From a virus (Duplodnaviria; Caudoviricetes), in the IMG/VR virus record IMGVR_UViG_3300049489_000776, positions 1 to 55,910 of that record: a stretch of DNA of 55,910 bases; one strand, 5' to 3'. Within the stretch, counting starts at the first letter, position 1. Every line of letters begins with the position of its first letter. Below are positions 8,535-17,329 of this stretch, one piece after another. A program made the position numbers and the translations under genes. Under the pieces are notes generated by a model. That model did no database searches, was not told the origin of the DNA, and saw only the letters and a program-made list of their open reading frames with translations.

Positions 8535-10738
8535 TTCGTCTCCCCATAAACCGTTGCTATTTGCGGTTCTGCTACAAGTGGTAGCGATATTTTATAAGTG
8601 TTCTCCATGCTTTCTTTTATAATGTAACATACTTTTGTAGAATCTGCAAGTTTGCAATGTACCACTACTTCATCATGAATTTGTAAAGCAATATAAGCGT
8701 CTATAGACTGCCTTTTAAACTCTCTCATGATTGCAATGCAAGCCCTGTTAACTATAGACGCGGCTAGGCTTTGAATCTTGAAGTTAATTGAGTTATTAAG
8801 CAGGTTTGAGTACTCTTTTCGGCACTCTTTCATGTAGTTATATTTCCCTGCATATTCGTGGTATTTTTTCCAGAGCCCTAAGGAATCGAGCAACCCGTCT
8901 CCATGTTTTTCGTATAACTCTTTGGCACGGGGCATGTGGCGAATACGACCAGTTTCACTTCGCACGTATCCTTGACTTTTTGCCTCTAACTTTGAATTAT
9001 CCATGAAATTTCTTAGTGCAGGGTAAGCAGATAGATAAGATTCTACTAAAGCATCTGCCGACTTCTGGTCAGTGTTAATTTCAAACTGCAGCTTGTAGCC
9101 AGTAAGGCCGTAAGGAATTCCTAGTGCGTAGGCCTTAGCATTTTGTCGAGCGGCCTTGTTCACCTTGCCCAGATAATTTTCAGCGGTTTTTAGGGGACTA
9201 ACTCCGGTCAACCCTTCAGTGTCAATTGCAATTGTACTATAGAAGTCTTTACCTTCCCTAAAAATAGACTTAAGACCTTCATCACCTGAACAGTGGCTAA
9301 ATACTTTAGGTTCCAAAGATTCATAATCTGCTCCAATTAGCACGGAGTCTGGTGCAGAGATGATTAAATCTCGTATCACATTATTGTACTTTAGTACTAC
9401 GTCTGAGGCCGCGCCAGTTTCTAACTTACGAGGCATTTGTTGCATGTCAGAGCCATACCTTCCTGAAACTGTTCGATGCTGCTGAAAGCTTGGATATAAT
9501 ACTCCACTTTCCTGCTCTTCTAAAAAACGGTCTATATACGTTCCTTTAATTTTCACCAACTTATTATAATCCTGAAGCAGAGGCACAAATTTAAAATGGT
9601 CTTTTACACTTTCAAGAAACGTATCATCAACTTGAGGCATTCCTGTGGGAGTTCGGCTTAAAGGCTCACACTTTAGAGTGTCGAAGAATATTTTCTTAAG
9701 GTGGTGCTTTGAGCTTAAATTAACTGCAGGCCTGCCACCATGAATTGCTAATTGCACGTCTTTAATTAGGTTAGCGTGAAGTTTTAAGTTATTTCTTAAA
9801 AACTGCTTAAGAGTACAGGCATCGGGCAGCGCATCTACATGCTTTGCTGCTAGACTAAATTTACCTGATTCAAGTCTTGGCAATCCTGCTCCTACTAACT
9901 CGCCCAAGGCTTGCACAAAAGGGCCAGTTGTGGTTACGGGATAATCTTTATTTAAAAACCATGTCTCAAATAGAGCAGTATGTGGAGCCAGTTCTTCTTG
10001 TATTTTATCTTCCAAGGCAATTAAATCAAAATCTAATTCAGTTTTGGTACGTTCCAAGAGGGGCATGTCAATAGGCACGCCTGCTAATTCCATAGGTATG
10101 GTCACTTCACGGTAAAGGGGCATAACTTCGTCATTTAGGAAAAAGTCTACAAGCCCCTGCTCTTCTAATTCGCCCATGTAATGTTGAAACACGCGCCAAG
10201 TTAGCACGCAATCTTTAATACAGTATTCGGCTAACAATTTAAGGTCGGCCTTAAAATACTGATGAACCGTGCCACCATTTTCTTTAATGGAAGCTTTCAT
10301 AGCAACTTGCTCGTCTGTAGAATCTTCTCCCCACAAGTTTGAAGCAATGTCTTTGAGACCAAAAGGGAAGTTTTCATCAGCGGTGTGCTTGGCCAGCATG
10401 GAGTCTGCATATAATTGGGGAACTAATTTAACGCCAAAATAATTTAGAGTGAATCGTAAGTCGAAGGATGCGTTGTGACATATAAGTTTGGTCTTATTGG
10501 AGAGCAGGGCCTCAAGCACTAATTGACAGTCGGATTTTGGAACCAGTTCAACCAACTGTTCACCATCCCAGGACAAGTGAGCAACGTACACAGATTCTGT
10601 ACCGTTTGAGAGGCCGAATCCTATAATCTGACCTTTTCTAGTATTTAGTGAAGTAGTCTCTATATCAAAGACTAATGTTTCCGAAGAGTATATTAGGTCT
10701 AGAGCCTGCTTCATGTCTAGAGATTTAGTTATTATCAC
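8531..10738 (-). CDS. polA: Family A DNA polymerase with 3'-5' exonuclease
   Basis: ExoI DIETT, ExoII HNASFD, ExoIII YCIKD; motif A ADYESLE, motif B RQNAKAYALGIPYG, motif C QIHDE. Confidence 0.96.
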   Translation of the reverse strand: MIITKSLDMKQALDLIYSSETLVFDIETTSLNTRKGQIIGFGLSNGTESVYVAHLSWDGEQLVELVPKSDCQLVLEALLSNKTKLICHNASFDLRFTLNYFGVKLVPQLYADSMLAKHTADENFPFGLKDIASNLWGEDSTDEQVAMKASIKENGGTVHQYFKADLKLLAEYCIKDCVLTWRVFQHYMGELEEQGLVDFFLNDEVMPLYREVTIPMELAGVPIDMPLLERTKTELDFDLIALEDKIQEELAPHTALFETWFLNKDYPVTTTGPFVQALGELVGAGLPRLESGKFSLAAKHVDALPDACTLKQFLRNNLKLHANLIKDVQLAIHGGRPAVNLSSKHHLKKIFFDTLKCEPLSRTPTGMPQVDDTFLESVKDHFKFVPLLQDYNKLVKIKGTYIDRFLEEQESGVLYPSFQQHRTVSGRYGSDMQQMPRKLETGAASDVVLKYNNVIRDLIISAPDSVLIGADYESLEPKVFSHCSGDEGLKSIFREGKDFYSTIAIDTEGLTGVSPLKTAENYLGKVNKAARQNAKAYALGIPYGLTGYKLQFEINTDQKSADALVESYLSAYPALRNFMDNSKLEAKSQGYVRSETGRIRHMPRAKELYEKHGDGLLDSLGLWKKYHEYAGKYNYMKECRKEYSNLLNNSINFKIQSLAASIVNRACIAIMREFKRQSIDAYIALQIHDEVVVHCKLADSTKVCYIIKESMENTYKISLPLVAEPQIATVYGETK

Positions 10739-10757
10739 ATAAACTCCGGGTTAAGTT

Positions 10758-10796
10758 AAAAAAAAGAGCGGGCACCAAAGGAGAAAGCACCCGCTC
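10758..10796 (-). terminator. Intrinsic terminator between SSB-like gene and polA
   Basis: GAGCGGGUGC-11 nt loop-GUGCCCGCUC followed by U8. Confidence 0.85.
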
Positions 10797-10811
10797 GCGA
10801 AGATTTATAAA

Positions 10812-11222
10812 CTAGTCTGCAATTCCTACGATGTAGGAATGGCTCATTTTGCCCTTCATCTTGCCTGCAGTGATTGGCTTCATTCCTAAGTACTGAATTT
10901 GTACGTAGGAACCAACTGCTACTTTAGCCATTTGAGAAGCTAAAGAGCCAGTGCTATTGAGCACGATTAAATTTCCAGACTCAGTGCGAACTTTATAATC
11001 TGACTTTGCGTCATCAAATGAGTTCGGAAGAGTTCCTTCGAAAATGCCTTCAGCGACTACGCCAGTAGTGCCTGCATCGGCTAATTCCTTTGGGCGGATA
11101 AAGGTGATACCACCTGCTTTACTGTCATCATTTTCCAGAGACTTACCATTCACAGACTTAAAAGTGCGTGTTCCTGCTGCTAAATCTGCTTGCTCTGCTA
11201 ATTGTTCGTTCTTTGCTCCCAT
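10812..11222 (-). CDS. Putative ssDNA-binding (OB-fold) protein
   Basis: EGIFEG...VGSYVQIQYLG pattern; next to polA; own promoter and terminator. Confidence 0.55.
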   Translation of the reverse strand: MGAKNEQLAEQADLAAGTRTFKSVNGKSLENDDSKAGGITFIRPKELADAGTTGVVAEGIFEGTLPNSFDDAKSDYKVRTESGNLIVLNSTGSLASQMAKVAVGSYVQIQYLGMKPITAGKMKGKMSHSYIVGIAD

Positions 11223-11268
11223 TTTTGCTCCTAGGGTTTAGCTATCCATAATTGGTAGCTATGTTTTA

Positions 11269-11297
11269 ACTCTACTCTAATTTTTGGTACTTGTCAA
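11269..11297 (-). promoter_or_regulatory. sigma70-type promoter of SSB-like gene
   Basis: TTGACA-17-TAGAGT. Confidence 0.75.
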
Positions 11298-11319
11298 GTC
11301 TTAAATCGCTTCTTAAAAA

Positions 11320-11418
11320 TGGATGGGGTAGCCTGGCTCTACTCAGGCAAATAGGTGAAGGTTACAACTTCATAGCCTACAGGTACGCTCCCTTGCGGTT
11401 TCTTTTCGCCATACCCCA
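11320..11418 (-). ncRNA. Non-canonical tRNA-like RNA with encoded CCA end (possible GUA anticodon loop)
   Basis: 7-bp stem UGGGGUA/UACCCCA + U + CCA; stacked GCCUG/CAGGC hairpin; UGAAG-UUGUAAC-CUUCA hairpin. Confidence 0.65.
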
Positions 11419-11440
11419 AAAACTAAAACAAATTTAAAAG

Positions 11441-11570
11441 TGAGCGGGTGGAGTTTACGCAATATCCACTATTGGGGCTTATTCTCCTGAAGCTGCGACG
11501 CAACAAAGGAATTATTATTCACCCTCGGTCCATTGTCTGGCAGTGCCTCTATCGTCTAGCACCTCCGCTC
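11441..11570 (-). ncRNA. Structured ~130-nt RNA of unknown class
   Basis: Closing stem GAGCGG/CCGCUC, hairpins GUGC..GCAC and GUGGA..UCCAC; 5' end matches predicted TSS. Confidence 0.55.
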
Positions 11571-11576
11571 TTAATT

Positions 11577-11605
11577 ACTATCTCACTTTATGGTTGACTT
11601 GTCAA
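11577..11605 (-). promoter_or_regulatory. sigma70-type promoter of the ncRNA pair
   Basis: TTGACA-17-GATAGT; shares AAGACTTGACAAGT with the 11297 promoter. Confidence 0.7.
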
Positions 11606-11621
11606 GTCTTGAGTTTACCCT

Positions 11622-12014
11622 TTATTTAATGTCTGAAATTTTAGCGCCTGGGGCCAAGGGAGCCCCAAAAGACTCATGCAACTCTTGAGATAGGGCTAAA
11701 GCACGCCACGCTACAGAGCTTATTTCGGTTAATATTGCCTGCTTACCGAATGGGGTTAAGGGACTATCGGCTCTATTGGCAGCGGCCAGTAGGTCTTCTA
11801 AGTCTATAAGGTGTCTTAAAATGCAATCGCTGTGGTCCATTGATTTCCCCCTAGCATGGTGCAATTCTTGCCCCGGATTGTGCTTGTCATTGCCTATTTT
11901 TGAGATTCTTGAGACCCCTGCAAGTGCAGCCGGAAAGTATTTAAGCACGCCCCTAAAAATTGGGCAATCTTTGCGCTCTTGGGAGTCTATAGGTAGACTA
12001 AATTTAGATTTCAT
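11622..12014 (-). CDS. dATP/dGTP diphosphohydrolase domain protein (DUF5664-like)
   Basis: YFPAALAGVSRISKIGNDKHNPG..LH..RGKS.DH.DCILRHL; start at MKSKF after AGGAGG. Confidence 0.8.
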   Translation of the reverse strand: MKSKFSLPIDSQERKDCPIFRGVLKYFPAALAGVSRISKIGNDKHNPGQELHHARGKSMDHSDCILRHLIDLEDLLAAANRADSPLTPFGKQAILTEISSVAWRALALSQELHESFGAPLAPGAKISDIK

Positions 12015-12801
12015 CAATTTCCTCCTGAATACGTTTTTCAACCGTTACTGAAGCAGGCCATAAACCAGTCTCGCAGCATTTTTTATAAATGTCAAGTGCT
12101 TTAGTTATTTCTGAGCGCCCCTTCATAATAGTTTCTTGGCTCATTTTGTAAACTTGACAGTCTAGTTCTTGCTTGGATATTGGAATCATGTAAAAGTCAA
12201 AGGGGCGACCATAGTGCAGCTCTGCCACCCAAGAATAAAGCGCGGCTGAAAGTCCATAGCCAAACTGGGTCATGGTCATTTTGAAACTATCTCGTTCAAC
12301 ACTAAAGCTAGATGTTTTTAAATCTAAGCCATAGCCCTCATTAATGTTAATCGCGTCAAAACGTACTTTAACCCCTACTCCATTTAACATTGCACAAATT
12401 GAGTATTCTTTCTCTGTATTTTCCATGAGGCGCACTGCTATTGGATTAGCTTCGTAGGCACGCTTGTAAGCAAGACACTTGGCCTTTTGGGGTTTAGAAA
12501 TTATAAGTTTACCGGGATTGTCTAACTTAAACGCTTCAAATTCTTTTCCTTGTTTTCGCAACCCATCAAAGAAAGCATAATCTTCATTTATAGTTTCCGG
12601 CTCAAGGATAAGACTATGCAAAAATGAGCCTTCGGTAAAGGCAGGGTTTTCTACTTCTACTTTTGGATTTATTCGCTCTTCTTGAAATGCAGCCGGGCTG
12701 TGAAGTAATTTTTTAAGAGAGCTGCTAGACAAATAACTCTTATCACCATGATAATCGCGGTTGTTGCACTTATTGAGACCAATTTGTAACTTGTAACTCA
12801 T
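12004..12801 (-). CDS. RecE/exonuclease VIII-like PD-(D/E)xK nuclease (DUF3799-like)
   Basis: DYH...LSSSSLK, GS.LH.LILEP, KVRFD...DLKTS, Y..SAALY; start set at MSYKL. Confidence 0.85.
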   Translation of the reverse strand: MSYKLQIGLNKCNNRDYHGDKSYLSSSSLKKLLHSPAAFQEERINPKVEVENPAFTEGSFLHSLILEPETINEDYAFFDGLRKQGKEFEAFKLDNPGKLIISKPQKAKCLAYKRAYEANPIAVRLMENTEKEYSICAMLNGVGVKVRFDAININEGYGLDLKTSSFSVERDSFKMTMTQFGYGLSAALYSWVAELHYGRPFDFYMIPISKQELDCQVYKMSQETIMKGRSEITKALDIYKKCCETGLWPASVTVEKRIQEEIDEI

Positions 12802-12802
12802 T

Positions 12803-13621
12803 TTAAAATTCCAATCTAGCAGCGGCACACGCTTCTTCAAAAGTAAAGTCATTATTACTTGTTAAATTATCATAAGCTATAGATACAAACTTGGCTCGCT
12901 TCTCTTCAGGTAACTCAACTTCCTCAAATCGGTTAAAGAGCCAGAAAAAGAAAGCGTTGCGGCCCATGCCTGTTCTGTTCATAACTTCTTGCGGGTCATG
13001 AATTGCAGTCAGCACGTTTACGGTTACGAATTGCTTTTTCTCATCCTTAGTGTATTCTCTTTTAGTGTATTCTGGCAGGTCTGGAAGGCGGGCCATAAGT
13101 AACTCATTTGGAATTCGCCCATTCATGTATATTAAGTCTTGAGTTTTTTCAGTGTCTGGTCTGAGCCTGCCCGGAAGGCGAGAGAGACGACTAGGATTCT
13201 TGCACATTGGGTCTGCTTCTGGCACGAGTAGGAGCAGGCGTTTAGCCACGTTCATGTACTCTTCATAAGTTTCTAATGGGGTCTCAAGACTAATAATAAA
13301 ATGGTATGAAGAACCTCCTGAGTACACGATACTGGATACTGGTATTCTAGAGCGAACATAGGCAATTTGTTGGTCTAGAGGCATTTTGTCTAGCTCAATT
13401 AAGAAATTTCTATAGCACACCACATTACAATCAGCGCGACGCGGAGCATATTGAGAGTGCCAGTCTTTGGTTGGGTTTAGGTCTTGTAGCGGGTGCAGTT
13501 CATTAATGCAGAAATATAGGTCCTCTGGGTATGGGGTGCTTTTAACCTTGTATCCATACGGAGATTCGGTGAAGCAGGTCGCGCTATCCGAAGCAAATAG
13601 TAAGTTTAAAAAACTTCTCAT
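12803..13621 (-). CDS. Stand-alone primase (AEP/RepB-like)
   Basis: IELD, VYSGGSSYH, DPMCKNPSRLSRLPG. Confidence 0.8.
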   Translation of the reverse strand: MRSFLNLLFASDSATCFTESPYGYKVKSTPYPEDLYFCINELHPLQDLNPTKDWHSQYAPRRADCNVVCYRNFLIELDKMPLDQQIAYVRSRIPVSSIVYSGGSSYHFIISLETPLETYEEYMNVAKRLLLLVPEADPMCKNPSRLSRLPGRLRPDTEKTQDLIYMNGRIPNELLMARLPDLPEYTKREYTKDEKKQFVTVNVLTAIHDPQEVMNRTGMGRNAFFFWLFNRFEEVELPEEKRAKFVSIAYDNLTSNNDFTFEEACAAARLEF

Positions 13622-14319
13622 AAAATGCGCTCCTGTTTCATTGCGTCAATAAGGGCAGCAACTTCATTCTCATTCATAGTAACCTGATTACCGTCAACTA
13701 TTACTTTGGCCTTCATGTGAGCAGGTCCGTGGACTTCAAGGTGCTTTACTTGGTCAATAAAAGATACTTTATAAATGTCTACAAGCATGCGCTCAGTTAA
13801 GGCTACAAACTTTTTCACTTTTTGCCTTTTTTGGTTTTGCGCACTACTAGTCCATTCTGCTCAGAAACTATTTCTATGGGCAGTTTTGAGTTGGCTAATT
13901 CCCGAAGTAAATAATTCTCTAAATGGTGCCCGGTTGCTGTTTCAAAAATATCTTCTTTTAAAAAGCTGTACCCTAAATCCCAGCCGTGGCCTTTTTTGGT
14001 AAAATGCTCTCTAATGCCTTTCATTACCTTCTTGGCTGCTTTCCTAAACTCTGGAATCGGTGCTTTGGCTTTCTTAAAAATTTCTAAAGGGATGATTATA
14101 GTGTCTTTAGAATTTTTTAACTTTCCCTTTAGTTTTGTTACTTTTTTTCTCACTTTTAGTTACTCCTTTTGAATGTAGCTCCATTGCTACTAGAACATTT
14201 ACTATAACATCTATTTCTACGTTTGACAAGTTTGAAACGGCGTTCAAAAAGTTTAAGGTTTCTACGTTTAACTCTAGGTCTACAGACTTCCATGATTTAG
14301 GTGCTTTAAGTTTACTCAT
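13618..14319 (-). CDS. Three small hypothetical genes (13618-13818, 13815-14153, 14107-14319)
   Basis: Overlapping start/stop codons with SD motifs. Confidence 0.55.
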
Positions 14320-15110
14320 TTTAACCCCATTAATCTTTTAAAAGCTACTTCAACTTGGAGCGGAGCCACGGCATTACCAAGGGACTTATTTCGGTCCACG
14401 AGGTTGGGTAGCCCATCAACCATTCGACCCACTGAGGGTTCAGTTTTCCAAAAGTCTGACCTGTAGGCTTCATCATATCCGTGCATGGAGTTTCCCCGGA
14501 ATTCGCTACTTGCTCCGCAAGATTGCCTGGAGGGACAGTTGTCCTGCCCGAACTTGCTCTCCAAGCTTTCCTGTACTCTAGAGCCTCCTTCGACCGGGCT
14601 CCTATTGACGTTGCGGTTGGAGTGAGCCAATAAGAACCAGCGCTCCCTTTTATGCGGGGCTCCAAGGCTTGCGGCGCTAAGACACGTCCAGCGACAGTCA
14701 TACCCGATTTTGGTAAATTCCCGTATAACTGTAGATAGTCCTCTAGTTCTAATGGCTGGCACGTTTTCGAGGAAGACGAATTTTGGGTTGACTTCTTTGG
14801 TAAGTCTGATAATTTCTGAGAATAAACCACTTCGCTTTCCTTCCAAGCCTGCTCCAAGACCTGCAGTGCTGATGTCCTGGCAGGGAAATCCGCCGTAGAT
14901 AATCTCGACCCCACTAGGTAACACGGAGCCAGTAAGCGATGTAACGTCGTCCCAGATTGGAGCTCTAGGCAATTGCCCATCTGCAATTCTTGACAGCAGC
15001 ACCGATTGTGCAAACTTGTCTTTTTCACAATAGGCAATTGGTCGCACCCAGTTTGAGAGTCCGAGTGTGATGCCTCCGATTCCAGAAAACAAATCCACCC
15101 CATGTAGCAT
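14316..15110 (-). CDS. C5 cytosine DNA methyltransferase, alpha subunit
   Basis: DLFSGIGG (I), GGFPCQD (IV), ENV (VI), PHKRER (VIII), LGNAV (X). Confidence 0.93.
   Translation of the reverse strand: MLHGVDLFSGIGGITLGLSNWVRPIAYCEKDKFAQSVLLSRIADGQLPRAPIWDDVTSLTGSVLPSGVEIIYGGFPCQDISTAGLGAGLEGKRSGLFSEIIRLTKEVNPKFVFLENVPAIRTRGLSTVIREFTKIGYDCRWTCLSAASLGAPHKRERWFLLAHSNRNVNRSPVEGGSRVQESLESKFGQDNCPSRQSCGASSEFRGNSMHGYDEAYRSDFWKTEPSVGRMVDGLPNLVDRNKSLGNAVAPLQVEVAFKRLMGLK
14345..15103 (-). CDS. Out-of-frame methyltransferase beta-subunit-like protein nested in the MTase gene
   Basis: 252-codon alternative frame with WLTPTA and LNPQWVEWLMGYPTSWT (motif IX-like); true start uncertain. Confidence 0.7.
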   Translation of the reverse strand: MGWICFLESEASHSDSQTGCDQLPIVKKTSLHNRCCCQELQMGNCLELQSGTTLHRLLAPCYLVGSRLSTADFPARTSALQVLEQAWKESEVVYSQKLSDLPKKSTQNSSSSKTCQPLELEDYLQLYGNLPKSGMTVAGRVLAPQALEPRIKGSAGSYWLTPTATSIGARSKEALEYRKAWRASSGRTTVPPGNLAEQVANSGETPCTDMMKPTGQTFGKLNPQWVEWLMGYPTSWTEISPLVMPWLRSKLK

Positions 15111-15121
15111 ATGTCCTTCCT

Positions 15122-15532
15122 TTAGTGATTAAACATTTCTGCGTCTAACTCAGTCTTAAGACTATCATAGAAGTTGCAAATTTGCAAGTTTGTGTTCATG
15201 TAGGTAATACCTTCCAAATGGACTCTCCCAAGAACTGCGTGGCCCATTTCATGAAAAATTAGGGCTCGCCTTTGACTGGGGCAGGCGTACTTCCAAGAGG
15301 CAGGATTGATTAAAATAGTTATAAAGCCCTCGGAGCCTTTTATAAACCGTCCGGCCTCATCTCCATATAATTCTGCAAATTCTACAGTAATGCGGTCTTG
15401 AGACGTTTGGGCCAAAGCATTAAACTCGGCTACGTAAGGAGCCAGTTCGGGGTTAATTTGACCTTTATCAGGCTGACCACATGCAGAGCTAAAAACGGCT
15501 AATACGCTAATTAATATTCTGACTATTAACAC
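15122..15532 (-). CDS. Lipoprotein Zn-metallopeptidase (HExxH)
   Basis: Lipobox-like FSSACG; LIFHEMGHAVLGRVH; Met-turn-like YMN. Confidence 0.75.
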   Translation of the reverse strand: MLIVRILISVLAVFSSACGQPDKGQINPELAPYVAEFNALAQTSQDRITVEFAELYGDEAGRFIKGSEGFITILINPASWKYACPSQRRALIFHEMGHAVLGRVHLEGITYMNTNLQICNFYDSLKTELDAEMFNH

Positions 15533-16580
15533 AAAATTCCTTATCTACCTTAATAACTCGAGGAGTCAAGTATCCCTTTACTTCCGAGTATTCAGATATG
15601 TCTAAGGTTAGCACAGTCTCTGTAGATTGCAAGACTATTCCTTTAACTGCAGTCTCAACGCTCGTATACGCTCCATTTTGAGAAAGTGTTACCAAAATAA
15701 GACACCAGTATATCATAAAATGCCCCAAAGTTTAGCGAGAGCGGCTAGGAGAATAAAAAATTCTGTTATTACAAATATTAAAATTAGGCTAACTAAAATG
15801 CGATAAAAGAGACCGTTACTCATTTGCATTCCAAACTATGTATCCACCGAAGCAAGAGGCAAGCCAGGTGAGGGCTTTTTTAATCTCCGCATCCGTGTTT
15901 GGTTTTGAGTTCCCGAAGGCCGTTCCAATGTCGTTTCTCCAAGCTTGAGTATCTAAATTGCGATAAAAAACTTGAGCTACAAAGTCCGGTAACTGCTTCA
16001 TTACTACGTGTCCGGTTTCTGGACGGGTTAATTTGTTCATTCTAATCCCCCTTAGTTTGAAATGTGTTTTCTCGTACAACTAGGCCACATGACGCACAGG
16101 TTAGCGGAGCCCTTTTGATGCGCTCAAAATCCTCACAACCTTCGGGTAACCAGCCTGTTTCATCTCTGCGTCTCCAAGTGTGCCTAATGCACGTAACTGG
16201 GTTATAATTTTCAGAGGCAATATTGGCTCCATAAAGTAGCATGGCTGAGCCTGCGAACAATAGCCATAATGCAAAAAATAACACGGAGCCTCCTAAAAAT
16301 CTTAAAACGTAAAACCATAAACTAACTTAATACTATCTTGTTTTATTACAAAAGTCAAGTCTTTAGTTGCTCTTAAGTTTAGCTCGTGTTTGGCCATAAG
16401 TACATATAAAGCAGGCGTGGCTACCGATGCAGGCTTTCCCACAGTCTTGGTAACTTGTTTTGAGGCCATTTTAACCTCAGACTTAAGAGCGGGACGCGAT
16501 TCGTAGAGTGCTTTGAGGGCAGTACTGCACTCGTACCCACCCAAGCACAGACTAAGAACTAAGATTTCGAGAGTGGCCAA
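15507..16580 (-). CDS. Cluster of small hypothetical genes (15507-15728, 15816-16079, 16042-16284, 16302-16580), several with TM/signal segments
   Basis: ORF track plus SD motifs; hydrophobic N-termini; starts uncertain. Confidence 0.5.
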
Positions 16581-16723
16581 GGGATAACTCCAATGATGAA
16601 GCCAATTGTGAACATTATTAGGATGCCTGAGACGCCTTGGGGCAAGTATGGGCCTAAAAATGCTCCAACGACGAAGGCTAAGGAACCTCTTACAATAAAT
16701 TGTATCACTTTAATTCTCCTTTG

Positions 16724-17329
16724 TTAATTAACTTTTTTAAACTGCAATCCAAAACCAGTGCTCTTAAAACGGTATGAGGTAGGCTCTAAACCAAAAATGT
16801 CTTTAGGGTAGACTTTCCATCCAGCTAGAAATTCTCGATTTTTAGTTCTTAAGTAGAAGCAAGAGTATAAACCTTGCCACGCAAAAAACCAGTGAGGTTC
16901 TTTGGAAAAGTACTTGCTTACCAGTTTGTGGGACTCTGGTTTATATAAGTCCATGTAATTTACAAAAGAACCGATAAAGCGAACTTTGGCCGGGTTAATT
17001 TTAAAGGACAAGATAGGCACGAACCTAAGATTAGAAACTGGGTTCCTTGAAGCGCTCCAGTATGTAATCTGCTTAAATAAAGAGCTAAACTGTTTATAAT
17101 TTCGATTTGCAATTCCATCTATTTGATTGTCCCAAAGCCACATTATGGGCCAAGTGAAGTGATATATAGGACCATCGTAGGGTTTTCCAAGATTTTCGTC
17201 TGTTTTTATATACGCTCTGCAGAGTGCTGCTATCGGTATAAAAATCCAGCCTAGGATTATAAGCACGGTAAATAGAAGGGTCATGCCTAGGATTAAGGTA
17301 ACTTGAGTTATTAGTTTTAGGTAATTCAT
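16724..17329 (-). CDS. Membrane protein of unknown function
   Basis: N-terminal TM helices, W..DN..DG, W...RNP..N motifs; start at MNYLK after GGAG. Confidence 0.65.
   Translation of the reverse strand: MNYLKLITQVTLILGMTLLFTVLIILGWIFIPIAALCRAYIKTDENLGKPYDGPIYHFTWPIMWLWDNQIDGIANRNYKQFSSLFKQITYWSASRNPVSNLRFVPILSFKINPAKVRFIGSFVNYMDLYKPESHKLVSKYFSKEPHWFFAWQGLYSCFYLRTKNREFLAGWKVYPKDIFGLEPTSYRFKSTGFGLQFKKVN

Noticed and set aside
11320-11418. Ordinary tRNA-Tyr(GUA)
   Set aside because: Lacks TTCGA T-loop and D-loop GG; extra arm on the wrong side; reported as tRNA-like instead
11622-12014. Z-base (2-aminoadenine) genome pathway suggested by dATP/dGTP diphosphohydrolase plus PolA
   Set aside because: No PurZ-like or HD-domain dATPase gene recognised in the window
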